This document shows, in pieces, positions 26,904-36,965 of a stretch of DNA of 50,772 nt. The notes under the pieces were generated by a model. It made no database searches, was not told the DNA's origin, and saw only the letters and a list, made by a program, of their open reading frames with translations. The DNA is from Candidatus Rifleibacteriota bacterium (lineage in GTDB: Bacteria; Muiribacteriota; Ozemobacteria; Ozemobacterales; Ozemobacteraceae): assembly GCA_051747585.1 (NCBI GenBank), contig JBNJGH010000010.1, positions 1-50,772 on the forward strand, read 5' to 3'. A program made the position numbers and the translations under genes. Position 1 is the first letter of the stretch. Every line of letters starts with the position of its first letter.

Positions 26904-28553
26904 TTAGCTCACAAGTCCGGCTCTTCGAACAGCCTCAACTATATGAGGCCTGATCTTCTCACCTGAATTTTTAAATATTGTAAGAAAGCACTGATAAAGA
27001 ATCTTACTTCTACTCATTTCGAGTTTGCCAAGAATATATTTCTGTAATTCTTTTTCTTGTTCGGCAAACCTGTCTATTACCATTTTGAGATATTTATCCG
27101 ATTTCATGTCGAGCAATTCTTCGGTAGCAAATTTTCGAGCTCGAATCGATAAATCACCAAGCAATTCCTGTAACGCCTCAATATATTCAGGATCTTTGGT
27201 TTCTCGATAAAAAATACCGTTGACGCATGCCTTTACCGAGCTGTCAGAATCTTTGAGCATATGCTCGAGATGTTTTAAAGCATCTTTACCTGAAAGACGA
27301 TACAAAGCCTTTGCAGCACTCAAACGAACTTTCCAGCTGTCCTCTTTGGTTGAGCCGAGTATTACTGGCACAACCTCTTTTTTACCTATAGCAGCAAAAG
27401 CGTCTATGATTGCACTGCGAAAATCAGCTGCAACTGTTTCAGGGAAAATACGCTTCAGCAAGCCAAGAGCGTGTGAGCTGCCAATAACCTTAACAGTTTC
27501 GAGCGCTTCGAGTGCCACTTTCTCGTCGGGGTCGGTTAACAACTTAAGCATCGCCTGGTCCATATCTTCGAGTTCGAGGTATCTGTAGGCAACTGCCACC
27601 GCTCTACGGGCAAAGGGATCTTCATGGGATGCAAAAGAAGCGATTTCTTCGGGCTTGTTCCAGCCAACAAGTTCAAACAACGGAAGAGCAGGCAACGGCG
27701 ACCTCATTTTTATAGGCTTCCACTCGCGAAAATCAAACAAGGGCAAAGCTGCTTTGTGCACTTTTTCATCTACATAAATATTGAAATCGCCTGCAGCTTC
27801 TGCCAGGGTTTCGGCCATATAAAGAGCCTTACCCACCCATGATGGCTCTCCGGCAATGCCACGGTTAACCCTGAGCATTTCTCCTCGCGACAAGCCGACT
27901 GACACTCTGGCTTTAGCGTTTTGGAGAACGCTGTCTTTTTCGAGAGTCTTCTTAAATCTGGAAATAATTTCGAAAGCCACAACCAGCGCCTCGAAAAGTT
28001 CATCGTCGCGCTCGGGGCTTCGAGCAAAAACCAGCATTCGATCGAGCTGGGTAGTAGGATAGCAGGAAAATGAGAAGGCAAAATCTCTGACAAACACTTC
28101 CTCAGCCCTGCGAACAAGTTTTAAAAAGGGCTCACCTGACGCAATAACTTCTTCGGGAAATCTCAACTGAACCGCGGCCACAACAGCAGAAAAATGCTCA
28201 GTTGAACTTGGTGCCGGCATTGGTTGTTCGAGCATAATTCGCATTCGCAAATCTTCTTCGCTACCTGTTTTTTGCACTGGCTGAGAAACAGCTTCAGGCT
28301 TTTGCACCGTTTTTGTTTCACTTGCGATTGGTTGCTCTGAAGCCACCGCTTTTAATTCTGCAGACTGAGGCTTCTCTTCACTTTTTTGTTGCGAAGGCTG
28401 ATCAGTTGTCTTTTTGTTTTCTTTTATTGCTTTTTCGTCTGTTTCTTCTTCCTGAAGAAAATCCAGCTCATCTTCCTGGTCATCCAGGGAGAACATAACA
28501 AATACAAGCAAAAGTATTACTGCAGCAATAACAATCATTAATATTGAATTCAT
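26904..28553 (-). CDS. Membrane-anchored protein with a degenerate class III nucleotide cyclase-like domain and C-terminal HEAT repeats
   Basis: N-terminal TM. RVSVGLSRGE...WVGKALYMAETLAEAAGDFNIYVDE.V...F cyclase-fold pattern. HEAT repeats (D.D.KV..A, D.SWKVR..AA.AL). Confidence 0.7.
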   Translation of the reverse strand: MNSILMIVIAAVILLLVFVMFSLDDQEDELDFLQEEETDEKAIKENKKTTDQPSQQKSEEKPQSAELKAVASEQPIASETKTVQKPEAVSQPVQKTGSEEDLRMRIMLEQPMPAPSSTEHFSAVVAAVQLRFPEEVIASGEPFLKLVRRAEEVFVRDFAFSFSCYPTTQLDRMLVFARSPERDDELFEALVVAFEIISRFKKTLEKDSVLQNAKARVSVGLSRGEMLRVNRGIAGEPSWVGKALYMAETLAEAAGDFNIYVDEKVHKAALPLFDFREWKPIKMRSPLPALPLFELVGWNKPEEIASFASHEDPFARRAVAVAYRYLELEDMDQAMLKLLTDPDEKVALEALETVKVIGSSHALGLLKRIFPETVAADFRSAIIDAFAAIGKKEVVPVILGSTKEDSWKVRLSAAKALYRLSGKDALKHLEHMLKDSDSSVKACVNGIFYRETKDPEYIEALQELLGDLSIRARKFATEELLDMKSDKYLKMVIDRFAEQEKELQKYILGKLEMSRSKILYQCFLTIFKNSGEKIRPHIVEAVRRAGLVS

Positions 28554-28592
28554 ATTTTATCCTTTAAGGCAAAACAATGATTAGCAAAGGGG

Positions 28593-29483
28593 TTACTGTT
28601 TTTTATATCCGAGCCTCTTAATCCAATCATCACTTCGCCGCCAATTTTCTCTAACTTTGACCCACAACTGTAAAAAAATATCACGTCCCAGCAGAGCGTT
28701 CAACCTCTTACGCGACTCTTTACCAAGTTTTCTTATTCCATTGCCGCTTTTTCCGACCAGAATTCTTTTGTGGCTGTCTCTTTCGACGAAAAGATCTGCT
28801 TCAATAAAAGTTTTTCCATTTTCTCTTTCTCTAAATTGAGAAACAACAACTGCTATAGAATGGGGCACTTCTTGATAATAGTTGTGTAAAGCAACCTCTC
28901 TAATCACCTCTTCGACGATCTCTCTTTCGCTAAGACTGGTGTAATAGTCGGCATCATACGCGTGCGGTCCTTTTGGCGCCAGAGAAACAAGCTTGTTAAG
29001 CACTTTTTTAACTGTTCTGCTTCTGCGAGCTGCTATTTTTATAGTTTTTCTGAAGGGAAAAAATTCGTTGTAAATTTTTTCGGCATTGTCTATCTGGCTG
29101 CGGGTAACCAAATCTGATTTATTTAGCACCAGCAACAGGGGAAAATCTTTGTCGGGCTTCATCATTTCAAGATATACACGATCTTTTTCTGGCTTCATAT
29201 CGGCAAGATCAACAACATAGATTCCAAGTTGCAACCCCTTTAAAGTTGCTAGAATTTCGTTGTGCATAAATGCATCGAGACGATTTTTAATTTCATGTAG
29301 TCCCGGGGTATCGCAAAAGACGAGCTGAACATTGTCTTTGCTTAAAATTCCCATAATTCTTTTGCGGGTTGTCTGAGGCTTTGGGGAAACAATAGAAACC
29401 TGTTCGCCAACCATTGTATTTATAAGGGTAGACTTACCTGCATTGGCTCTACCAAAAACGCCAACTGCTGCAAATTTTTGCAT
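28593..29483 (-). CDS. era: GTPase Era
   Basis: GRANAGKST, KPQTTR, DTPG, NKSD, QEVPHS, KH domain with LVGKSG and LWVKV. Confidence 0.95.
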   Translation of the reverse strand: MQKFAAVGVFGRANAGKSTLINTMVGEQVSIVSPKPQTTRKRIMGILSKDNVQLVFCDTPGLHEIKNRLDAFMHNEILATLKGLQLGIYVVDLADMKPEKDRVYLEMMKPDKDFPLLLVLNKSDLVTRSQIDNAEKIYNEFFPFRKTIKIAARRSRTVKKVLNKLVSLAPKGPHAYDADYYTSLSEREIVEEVIREVALHNYYQEVPHSIAVVVSQFRERENGKTFIEADLFVERDSHKRILVGKSGNGIRKLGKESRKRLNALLGRDIFLQLWVKVRENWRRSDDWIKRLGYKKQ

Positions 29484-29509
29484 ATATTCTCTCTTTTTAA
29501 AATTTAGAT

Positions 29510-31207
29510 TTATCGGGCTGCAATTTGTTTTAAATTTATAGTTTTTTGATTTACTTTAACTTTGTGTCCTGGCGATACAACCTGTATCCAGACCGGTCTT
29601 TCCAGAGAAAAGACGACTTCTTTTCCGTTATTTGCTATATACCTGGTCATTGCTTTTGCCGATTTTTTTTGCCAACGACAGTTTATAAGGGCTCCATTAT
29701 AAAAGATTATTGCAGAACCTTCACCGAGAAAAGAAATTTCCTGTCTTCCGGCTTTATCTACGGTTTTCATATTAGCAACCTGCAAAATCACTGTTCCGGG
29801 GGTTATATGCTGACCATTTTCATGATCAACGTGCTTTTTGCCATTCATATATCTTTTATAAACACCGTTTTCATATTTATAAGAAGTATTGTAATTGCCA
29901 TGATACCTTATATAAAGATTCTCACCTGGTTTTTCTCCAACAGTTGGCTCTGCTCCATAATTCAACGCCTGAATACTTTCTTTAAGTTTCATCGGAAATT
30001 TTTTAGCGACATAATCAAAAAGTCGTTTGCCCTTTGTATAAAGGTTATGGGGTGCTTTTCTGCTTTTATAGCGGTAGAAGGGCGTTCCATGACTGATTTC
30101 ATCGATGGAGTTAATTCCACTTTTTGATAAATAGGCATATCCCTTTGGACTTGCGCCGCAGTGTGCATACATTGCTTTAACTTCCAGCGCTCTGTCGACA
30201 AAGTATTCCCTGCAGCTTCTAACCGGACCAAGAATTCCAGGGATATGGTAGTAAAGAGCCATAAATCTGGTAATACCACCTTCAACCGGCATTTCATAAA
30301 CAATCCTGGCATCAATAAGACCACTTTGCGGCCTGGCTCTACTATGATTTTCTATCATAACCGCCATGGGCCTAAGATGAGTCGCTTTAGTCTCATCTTG
30401 CGTGGCAGCATTTGTTGCTTTTGCAGGTGGAACTATTTCAACCGTTTTGGCCGGCTTATTCATTTTAACCCGGGCCACCGATTTTACTTTTTGACCAACT
30501 TCTGACTTATTAACTTTAACCGGAGCTACTTCAGATTCAGTTTTTTTGGGAGCTTTCTTCACGGAGTTCGTTTTTTTTATATCAGTCTTAATTTTCAGCT
30601 CTGGAGCTATCTTGTCAAACGGTTCAATTTTGGTAGTTTCGGGCTGCTCATTTTTTTCGACAGACTTTTTTGTTGTTTTTTTAGCTTCAGATTTTTTATC
30701 AAGAGCCTCCAACCTGTCTTGTTCCATTAAAGGAGGGCTTAAAAGAGTTCTAACTTCGATTGGATGGAAATAAGGTCTTGATTCAAGATCTTTTTCGCTC
30801 AGCGGCTCTTTAGATTTTTTTGCTACTTTATCGGTTGTCGGCGGCTGACTCTGTGCCGTTCTTATTCTGGTTATAACATTTGAATAAAGATACCTGGTTC
30901 TGGCAAACAATCCTTCAAGATTCCTGATAAAATGTTCACCAAGAGGTGTATCAATATTTGAAAATTGTTTAACTCGTTGCCCGAGAAAAGTGACAAGACG
31001 AGTCAGATTTTTTTCGGCATCGGGCTGTTTTAGCATTGGAGATTTGCCATCAGGGGCCAGAGCCTTTTTCATTTCTGAATTAACCAGGCCTATAGTATCA
31101 CGCAACTCAAAATACTTTTTTATTCTGTCAAGATTGCTAGATTGAGCGGTAAGCGAACAAAATATAGTGAAAAACAAGACAAAATAAACAATAGCTGAAC
31201 GTTTCAT
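29510..31207 (-). CDS. DUF3048 (YerB-like) exported protein with a long N-terminal extension
   Basis: RPMAVMIEN...ARPQSGL, YE.PVEGGITRFMA, GPVRS.R, R.APHNLY. Signal peptide and K-rich linker. Confidence 0.85.
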   Translation of the reverse strand: MKRSAIVYFVLFFTIFCSLTAQSSNLDRIKKYFELRDTIGLVNSEMKKALAPDGKSPMLKQPDAEKNLTRLVTFLGQRVKQFSNIDTPLGEHFIRNLEGLFARTRYLYSNVITRIRTAQSQPPTTDKVAKKSKEPLSEKDLESRPYFHPIEVRTLLSPPLMEQDRLEALDKKSEAKKTTKKSVEKNEQPETTKIEPFDKIAPELKIKTDIKKTNSVKKAPKKTESEVAPVKVNKSEVGQKVKSVARVKMNKPAKTVEIVPPAKATNAATQDETKATHLRPMAVMIENHSRARPQSGLIDARIVYEMPVEGGITRFMALYYHIPGILGPVRSCREYFVDRALEVKAMYAHCGASPKGYAYLSKSGINSIDEISHGTPFYRYKSRKAPHNLYTKGKRLFDYVAKKFPMKLKESIQALNYGAEPTVGEKPGENLYIRYHGNYNTSYKYENGVYKRYMNGKKHVDHENGQHITPGTVILQVANMKTVDKAGRQEISFLGEGSAIIFYNGALINCRWQKKSAKAMTRYIANNGKEVVFSLERPVWIQVVSPGHKVKVNQKTINLKQIAAR

Positions 31208-31212
31208 TGTAT

Positions 31213-31941
31213 TTATTCCCTTAAAGTAGAATTCGCGCTTTCCTTAGCTGGAAGGACTGCAGGGGCGTCGTCATTACCGGTCAACTTGCCTCCAGGCTGC
31301 ACCAACCCGCCAGAAATAACAACTTTCATGGCTTCTTCAATATCCAGATTGGTATCTATAACTCGTGATTTTTCAATAATCAATAAATAACCCGAAGTTG
31401 GGTTGGGGGTAGTCGGTAGAAAAACAGTTACCATTTTTAGATCGTCAATTCTTTTAGACTTGAGAGGTATGGTAAAATCTGCGGTTAAAAAAGCAATTGC
31501 CCAACAATCCGACTTTGGATATTCAATTATAACAACTCTTTTAAATTCACCCTTATTTTTTTGAACAATTACATCGGCAACCTGCTTTGTGCCATTATAC
31601 AAAGACCTGACAACCGGAATTCTCCCGAGTGAGCTCTCAATTCCGCTTAAAAGACGGCGACCAAAATAGTTCTGAGTAATCATGCCTGAAACAACACAAA
31701 TAAGAGCTGTAAGAAAAATCCCCATTCCCGGAACCCTGTAACCTATTACACTGGCTACAGCTTTACCCAGCAGACCATCCGTTACCTGAAACACAAAAAA
31801 CATTATATAAATGGTTACAGCAAGAGGCACCAGAACAAGCACACCGGTTAAAAGGTATTTGCGAATCATCAGCAGAAAATCTTCTATTCCATTAACTGCT
31901 CTTCCTATTGTGCGACTCAGTCTTTCGTGCTTTATTGCCAC
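31213..31941 (-). CDS. DUF502 membrane protein
   Basis: GVLVLVPL..T, RIPVVRSLY, VIIEYP, VFLPTTPNPTSG. Confidence 0.9.
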   Translation of the reverse strand: MAIKHERLSRTIGRAVNGIEDFLLMIRKYLLTGVLVLVPLAVTIYIMFFVFQVTDGLLGKAVASVIGYRVPGMGIFLTALICVVSGMITQNYFGRRLLSGIESSLGRIPVVRSLYNGTKQVADVIVQKNKGEFKRVVIIEYPKSDCWAIAFLTADFTIPLKSKRIDDLKMVTVFLPTTPNPTSGYLLIIEKSRVIDTNLDIEEAMKVVISGGLVQPGGKLTGNDDAPAVLPAKESANSTLRE

Positions 31942-31973
31942 CTTAGTTACCTGCTAAAATAAAGTTTTTGGCC

Positions 31974-33275
31974 TCACTGATTAAAAAACTCAGTATTTTT
32001 AATGAAACGAACCCTTAAAATTCGATTGCCTTTAATATCAGTTACCTTGAAAACACCTTGAGGTTCAACCAATTCTTCCCCATTTTGCGGAATGCGCCCA
32101 AGCTTTTCGAGCATAAAGCCGCCTACGGTCTCAGAATCTTCATAATCAAGTTCATAATCAAGCTCTTCTTCGAAATCTTTCATGCTGTATCTGGCATCGA
32201 TACTGTAAATATTCTCGTCGACTTTAATAAGAGGCTCTTGTTCTTCTAGATCATACTCATCTACAATTTCTCCAACGATTTCTTCGAGCAGATCTTCGAT
32301 AGTAACAACACCAGAAACCCCACCATACTCATCAACTACCATAGCCATGTGCTGTTTTCGTTTCTGAAATTCACTTAAAAGATCATTCAGCTTTTTGGTT
32401 TCAGGAACAAAAAAGGGTGGCCTCAAAAGCTTGAACAGGTCATAGGAAACCTTTATTTCATCAAGCTTCATCAGAATATCTTTGACATAAAGAATGCCGA
32501 CAATTCGATCAAGGCTACCATCATATACTGGGAAACGAGAATGGCCGTCTTCTCGGATACAGGTAAGCATTTCATCAAGTTCAATATTTAGAGGCATGGA
32601 AATGATATCAGGTCTTGGAATCATAACTTCCCGAACAAGAGTATCGCCGAATTCAAAAACCGAATTTATCATTTCCTTTTCATCTCGTTCGATAATGCCA
32701 ACTTCCTCTCCCAGGGTAAAATAGCTGTCAATTTCATCCATGGATGTGGTAGATCCCAATCTGCTGTTCCAATCTGAGTAGCGAGGCAATAATTTTTTGA
32801 TCAGCCAACTGAAAGCTGCGGTAAATGGTAGAAAAAGAAACATCATCACCTTCAAAGGTTTGACTGCAATTTTTGAAAAGCTGTATGCACCAAATATAGC
32901 GATAGTTTTTGGTGCAAACTCAGCGAAAATCAGCAAAATCAAAAACATAAATGCCGATGCAATCAGGAGACTGGCGGTCAGACCTGTGCCTATATATTGT
33001 GACAACGAAGAATCCGGGAGCTTATTTATGACAAAAATAACTGCCATTGCCGTTGCCAGAACATTTGCCAGCGTGTTACCCAACAAAATGGTCATGAGCA
33101 TTTTTTGCTTGTCTCTGAGCAAAGTTAGAATTTCAGTAGCACTCTCATCTCCTTCAGATTCACTTTTTTTGAGTCTAAGAGGAGAAAGCGCAAAGAACGC
33201 TGTTTCTGTTGCCGAAAAAAAAGCTGAAAAACAAATGAGAATAAAAAAACATAAACCAGATAGAGGATCTTCCAT
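31974..33275 (-). CDS. CNNM/CBS/CorC-domain (hemolysin-family) Mg2+ transporter
   Basis: [49 protein letters not shown]. Confidence 0.93.
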   Translation of the reverse strand: MEDPLSGLCFFILICFSAFFSATETAFFALSPLRLKKSESEGDESATEILTLLRDKQKMLMTILLGNTLANVLATAMAVIFVINKLPDSSLSQYIGTGLTASLLIASAFMFLILLIFAEFAPKTIAIFGAYSFSKIAVKPLKVMMFLFLPFTAAFSWLIKKLLPRYSDWNSRLGSTTSMDEIDSYFTLGEEVGIIERDEKEMINSVFEFGDTLVREVMIPRPDIISMPLNIELDEMLTCIREDGHSRFPVYDGSLDRIVGILYVKDILMKLDEIKVSYDLFKLLRPPFFVPETKKLNDLLSEFQKRKQHMAMVVDEYGGVSGVVTIEDLLEEIVGEIVDEYDLEEQEPLIKVDENIYSIDARYSMKDFEEELDYELDYEDSETVGGFMLEKLGRIPQNGEELVEPQGVFKVTDIKGNRILRVRFIKNTEFFNQ

Positions 33276-33306
33276 AAACCTGTAAATTGCCTACCCTTTC
33301 AAAATT

Positions 33307-33810
33307 CTACTCGGATTCTGTTGCGCGCTTAATAAGCGGCGACCCAGCTTTAGAGCTTAAACAATCAAGAAGATTTCTTTCACAAAGATGTCTCAAGATA
33401 GAAACTTCGCGATCACGCATCTGACGGCGCAAGATCTTATTAGAATGAGAGTAACCATGCAAATGCAATAGTCCATGTATTAAAAGAAAAACAATCTCGA
33501 GCAGAGGATCATGCTTCATTTCCTCTGCCTGGCGGAATGCCGTTTCTGTGCTTATAACGACATCGCCGATCATACGTATTTCTGTTTCAAAATCTTCTTC
33601 CTCCATTGGAAATGACAATACATCAGTCGGTTCATTTTTACCGCGGTATTCGTTATTTAACTTTTGAATAAAATCATCGTCACAAAAAACAAGAGATAAT
33701 TCAGCATTTTCGGGGCTGGCTTCAAATTTCATAATTTCCTGAGCAACTTTTTTTATGAGCTCGAGATCAATTTGTAAAATAGACTGATTGTTACTTATCA
33801 GAACTTCCAT
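33307..33810 (-). CDS. ybeY: rRNA maturation endoribonuclease YbeY
   Basis: PTDVLSFP, GDVVIS, HGLLHLHGYSH. ATG 33810 has a GGGGG RBS. Confidence 0.93.
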   Translation of the reverse strand: MEVLISNNQSILQIDLELIKKVAQEIMKFEASPENAELSLVFCDDDFIQKLNNEYRGKNEPTDVLSFPMEEEDFETEIRMIGDVVISTETAFRQAEEMKHDPLLEIVFLLIHGLLHLHGYSHSNKILRRQMRDREVSILRHLCERNLLDCLSSKAGSPLIKRATESE

Positions 33811-35971
33811 CGACAACCCCCTTCTGCTGATTCGAAAGTTTTCCCGGATAATCTATTCTACCATGGTACATTGAAGTTAAGGTTCTGACAAATATCTGTT
33901 CTATTTTCTCAATGTTTTTTAAGGTTAAGTCACTTTCATCGAGCTGATTTTCATCATTAAGCTTATGTTCTACAATTTTTTTTACCAGGCCTTCGATTTT
34001 GCTGTGAGTGTGTTGCCTTAAAGTTCTGGCTGCAGCTTCGACAGAATCGGCAAGCATTATAATAGCAGCCTCCTTAGTCTGCGGTTTCGGCCCCGGATAG
34101 CGGAAACGCTCTTCGTTAACTTCTTCTGTGTCTTTGGTTTTTTTAGCTTCTTCAAAGAAATAACTGATTAAAGTAGTACCGTGATGCTGCGACATAATCG
34201 AAAGCACCCTTTCGGGCAAACCATACTCTCGCCCCAGATCGAGACCATCGCGAATATGACCAATCAATATTAAACTCGACATATAAGGAGTTACCTGATC
34301 ATGACGATTTTCATTGCTCTGATTTTCGGAAAAATACATCGGTCTTTTCAATTTACCTATATCATGAAAATAAGCACTGATTTTAGTAAGAAGCGGATCG
34401 GCATTAATTCCGTTAGCCGCTGCTTCAGCCAGAGTAGCTACAGCAATACTGTGCTGGTAAGAACCGGGAGCCTCGTCAGCAAGTCTTTTAAGCAACGGCT
34501 GAGACAAATCAGCCAGTTCAAGTAATCTCGAGCTGGTTGCCAGCGAAAACATGCTTTCCATATAAGGAAGAAGCCCATTGGCCAGAATACCTGAGAGAAT
34601 TCCATTTAGCAGACCGAAACCGGCAAGGCCAAGGATCTGATTAACATCCATGGTGGAAAAATTTTCCGAATCGAGTAAAAGCAAGCCCAGAACTGAAACA
34701 CAGTTTGCCAGCCCTATTTTAATACCGGAAGAACCGATGAGATTTCTGACATCGCTGGCTCTGGTAGCAGAACGCCAGGCCAGAATCCCGGCAATGGCAC
34801 CAAAAAGACTGACTACAACAAATTTAACATTGTTCTGAGCAATGACAAACATAAGCAGGGCAAGCAATACGGAATGAAAAAGAGCCACTGTTGAGTTAAG
34901 AAGCATTGCCATTAATAAAGCAATGGTGGGCAATGGCGTAAGTAAAATCATCAAATAAATTTTATCGAATGCAACTCCCACACCATGTACAACCTTGGTT
35001 AGAATTATGGCAATCAAAAAGAGAGCGCCAAGCAGACGATATTGTTCCGGATCTTTTAAGATATCCGGGTTTTCAAGTCTTAAATATACCAGTGAAATTA
35101 CCAGACAAAGAAGAACAAGAAGAAGGTTGCCCGAAAATGATAAAATCTTGCTTTTATGAAGCTGTTTGGTAATTTTCTTTAAAACATAATAATCGTCTGA
35201 AGTAACAATAACCCCGGCATCAATTATTTTTTGCCCCTTTTGAAAAGTGCGTTTAACAGGTTGAATCGAAGTGGCTGCAGCTTCACGTCGCTGTCGGGTC
35301 AGCTTTTCGTTCTCAATTGCATTGGTAAGAATCGAATTCCTGACCAGGCTGGTCATAAGAAGCTTAAATTTTGGGCTTTCAGGGTAAGCTTCCACCATTC
35401 CTTTTACTTCAGCTTTAACCAGTTCTATATTATTAGAGGTAATAACTTTCTGACTAATATTTTGCAATATGCGCCTGGAAGCAACAATAAGGCGGTCAAG
35501 CTGATTTTCAGAAAGACTTTTGAGCTTAATAAGCTGCTCTGAATCAAGCAGCTTTTCCGAGTTGAAATAAGAAGCTATAATGGTTTCAGGAGAGTCTGCC
35601 GACGACAATTCTTGCAATTCAGAATAGAAGGGCCGCAATGAATCAGAAAAAGTGTCAAAGCGACTGAACATCTTTTCTTCTGCATGCTCGATGGTAGTAT
35701 ATACCGGCTGAACCTTCTGCATTTCAAGATTTTTCAGCTCGCTGGTTTTTCGCTCATCTACAAAACTTATAAGCTTGGGTGAACGAATAGTTTTTGGTGC
35801 TGGTTTTCCCTCTATCACATCGGGACTGAAACCACCCGAATCAATGCTCATTAAAATAAGCAACAAAGCGAAAAACAAGAACAAACGCAAAAGAAAGCGT
35901 TTTTGTTGTTTTAGAGGTATTCTAAGCCATTCAAGAAAACTTGAAAGTAATATGCTGGTTCGTTCGCTCAA
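33791..35971 (-). CDS. pgpH: 7TM-HD phosphohydrolase (PgpH-type cyclic-di-AMP phosphodiesterase)
   Basis: Extracellular 7TMR-HDED region and TM bundle. APGSYQHS, HDIGK, QHHGT, FRYPGPKPQ, LADSVEAA. Confidence 0.88.
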   Translation of the reverse strand: MSERTSILLSSFLEWLRIPLKQQKRFLLRLFLFFALLLILMSIDSGGFSPDVIEGKPAPKTIRSPKLISFVDERKTSELKNLEMQKVQPVYTTIEHAEEKMFSRFDTFSDSLRPFYSELQELSSADSPETIIASYFNSEKLLDSEQLIKLKSLSENQLDRLIVASRRILQNISQKVITSNNIELVKAEVKGMVEAYPESPKFKLLMTSLVRNSILTNAIENEKLTRQRREAAATSIQPVKRTFQKGQKIIDAGVIVTSDDYYVLKKITKQLHKSKILSFSGNLLLVLLCLVISLVYLRLENPDILKDPEQYRLLGALFLIAIILTKVVHGVGVAFDKIYLMILLTPLPTIALLMAMLLNSTVALFHSVLLALLMFVIAQNNVKFVVVSLFGAIAGILAWRSATRASDVRNLIGSSGIKIGLANCVSVLGLLLLDSENFSTMDVNQILGLAGFGLLNGILSGILANGLLPYMESMFSLATSSRLLELADLSQPLLKRLADEAPGSYQHSIAVATLAEAAANGINADPLLTKISAYFHDIGKLKRPMYFSENQSNENRHDQVTPYMSSLILIGHIRDGLDLGREYGLPERVLSIMSQHHGTTLISYFFEEAKKTKDTEEVNEERFRYPGPKPQTKEAAIIMLADSVEAAARTLRQHTHSKIEGLVKKIVEHKLNDENQLDESDLTLKNIEKIEQIFVRTLTSMYHGRIDYPGKLSNQQKGVVDGSSDK

Positions 35972-36957
35972 AGTTTTTTGCTCTTTTTATTTAAATAATG
36001 TTTAAATGCCGTGATAATTCTACCAACTATCTCATGCCTTATCACGTCTTTTTCAGTCAAATCAATGAAGGACACCGATCGGACATCTTCAAGAATATCT
36101 TTTAAAATCAACAAAGCCGAGTCATTTTGTACGGGTAGATCTATCTGAGTATGGTCTCCGGTTATTACCATTTTAGAACCGTATCCCAGTCGGGTAAGAG
36201 CCATGCGCATCTGCCCGATTGTCGTATTCTGAGCTTCGTCAAGCACCACAAAAGATTCATTAAAAGTTCTGCCACGCATATAAGCAAGTGGAGTAATCTC
36301 TATTATTCCCTGGCGAAGAAACTGTTCAAAACGACCGGGCCCTATAAATTCCTGTATAGAGTCATATAATGGTTTAAAATGAGGGTCAACTTTTTCTTTT
36401 ACATCTCCGGGAAGATAACCAAGACTTTCGCCTGCTTCAACAACAGGTCTGGATAAGACCACTCTACTTACAGATTTTTCTTTAAGCGCTTTTATAGCCA
36501 TTGCCGTTGCCAGATAGGTTTTACCAGTTCCTGCGGGGCCTCTGGCAACTACTAAAGTATTATTGTCAATCGCTTTGGTATAACTTTGCTGCATATGGGT
36601 TCTGGGCCTTATGGTTTTACCCGAAACAGTAAGAAGAATCTCACTGAAATTCTTCTTATTTCCGTTTTCTTTACGCAGGTCTTCAAAGTCAGGATTAGTA
36701 TACTGATCAAAAATGCGGTTAACTTCAAAAGGATCGAGCGCCTGGGCTCTTACAATCCTGTCATGAAGGACTTCCAGGAATCTTTTGACCAGTTTAATTT
36801 TATCCGGATTACCCTGCAGTATCAGACAGTTTCCTCTTGCTCTTGCTTTAAGTTCAGGCAATTCTTTAATCAGACTCAAACCATTCTGTTGTGAGGTTCC
36901 AAGTATGTGCCTCGACAATTCTTCAGTCAGTTCAAGCCGTTCTTCGCGTTCATTCAT
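35968..36957 (-). CDS. phoH: PhoH-family ATPase
   Basis: GPAGTGKT, RPVVEAGE.LGYLPG, PLAYMRGRT, LDEAQN, LTRLG. Confidence 0.95.
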   Translation of the reverse strand: MNEREERLELTEELSRHILGTSQQNGLSLIKELPELKARARGNCLILQGNPDKIKLVKRFLEVLHDRIVRAQALDPFEVNRIFDQYTNPDFEDLRKENGNKKNFSEILLTVSGKTIRPRTHMQQSYTKAIDNNTLVVARGPAGTGKTYLATAMAIKALKEKSVSRVVLSRPVVEAGESLGYLPGDVKEKVDPHFKPLYDSIQEFIGPGRFEQFLRQGIIEITPLAYMRGRTFNESFVVLDEAQNTTIGQMRMALTRLGYGSKMVITGDHTQIDLPVQNDSALLILKDILEDVRSVSFIDLTEKDVIRHEIVGRIITAFKHYLNKKSKKL

Positions 36958-36965
36958 AGATTGTT

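Noticed and set aside
31974..33275. Hemolysin toxin
   Set aside because: The motifs are those of the CNNM/CorC Mg2+-transport family. The 'hemolysin' name is a legacy label.
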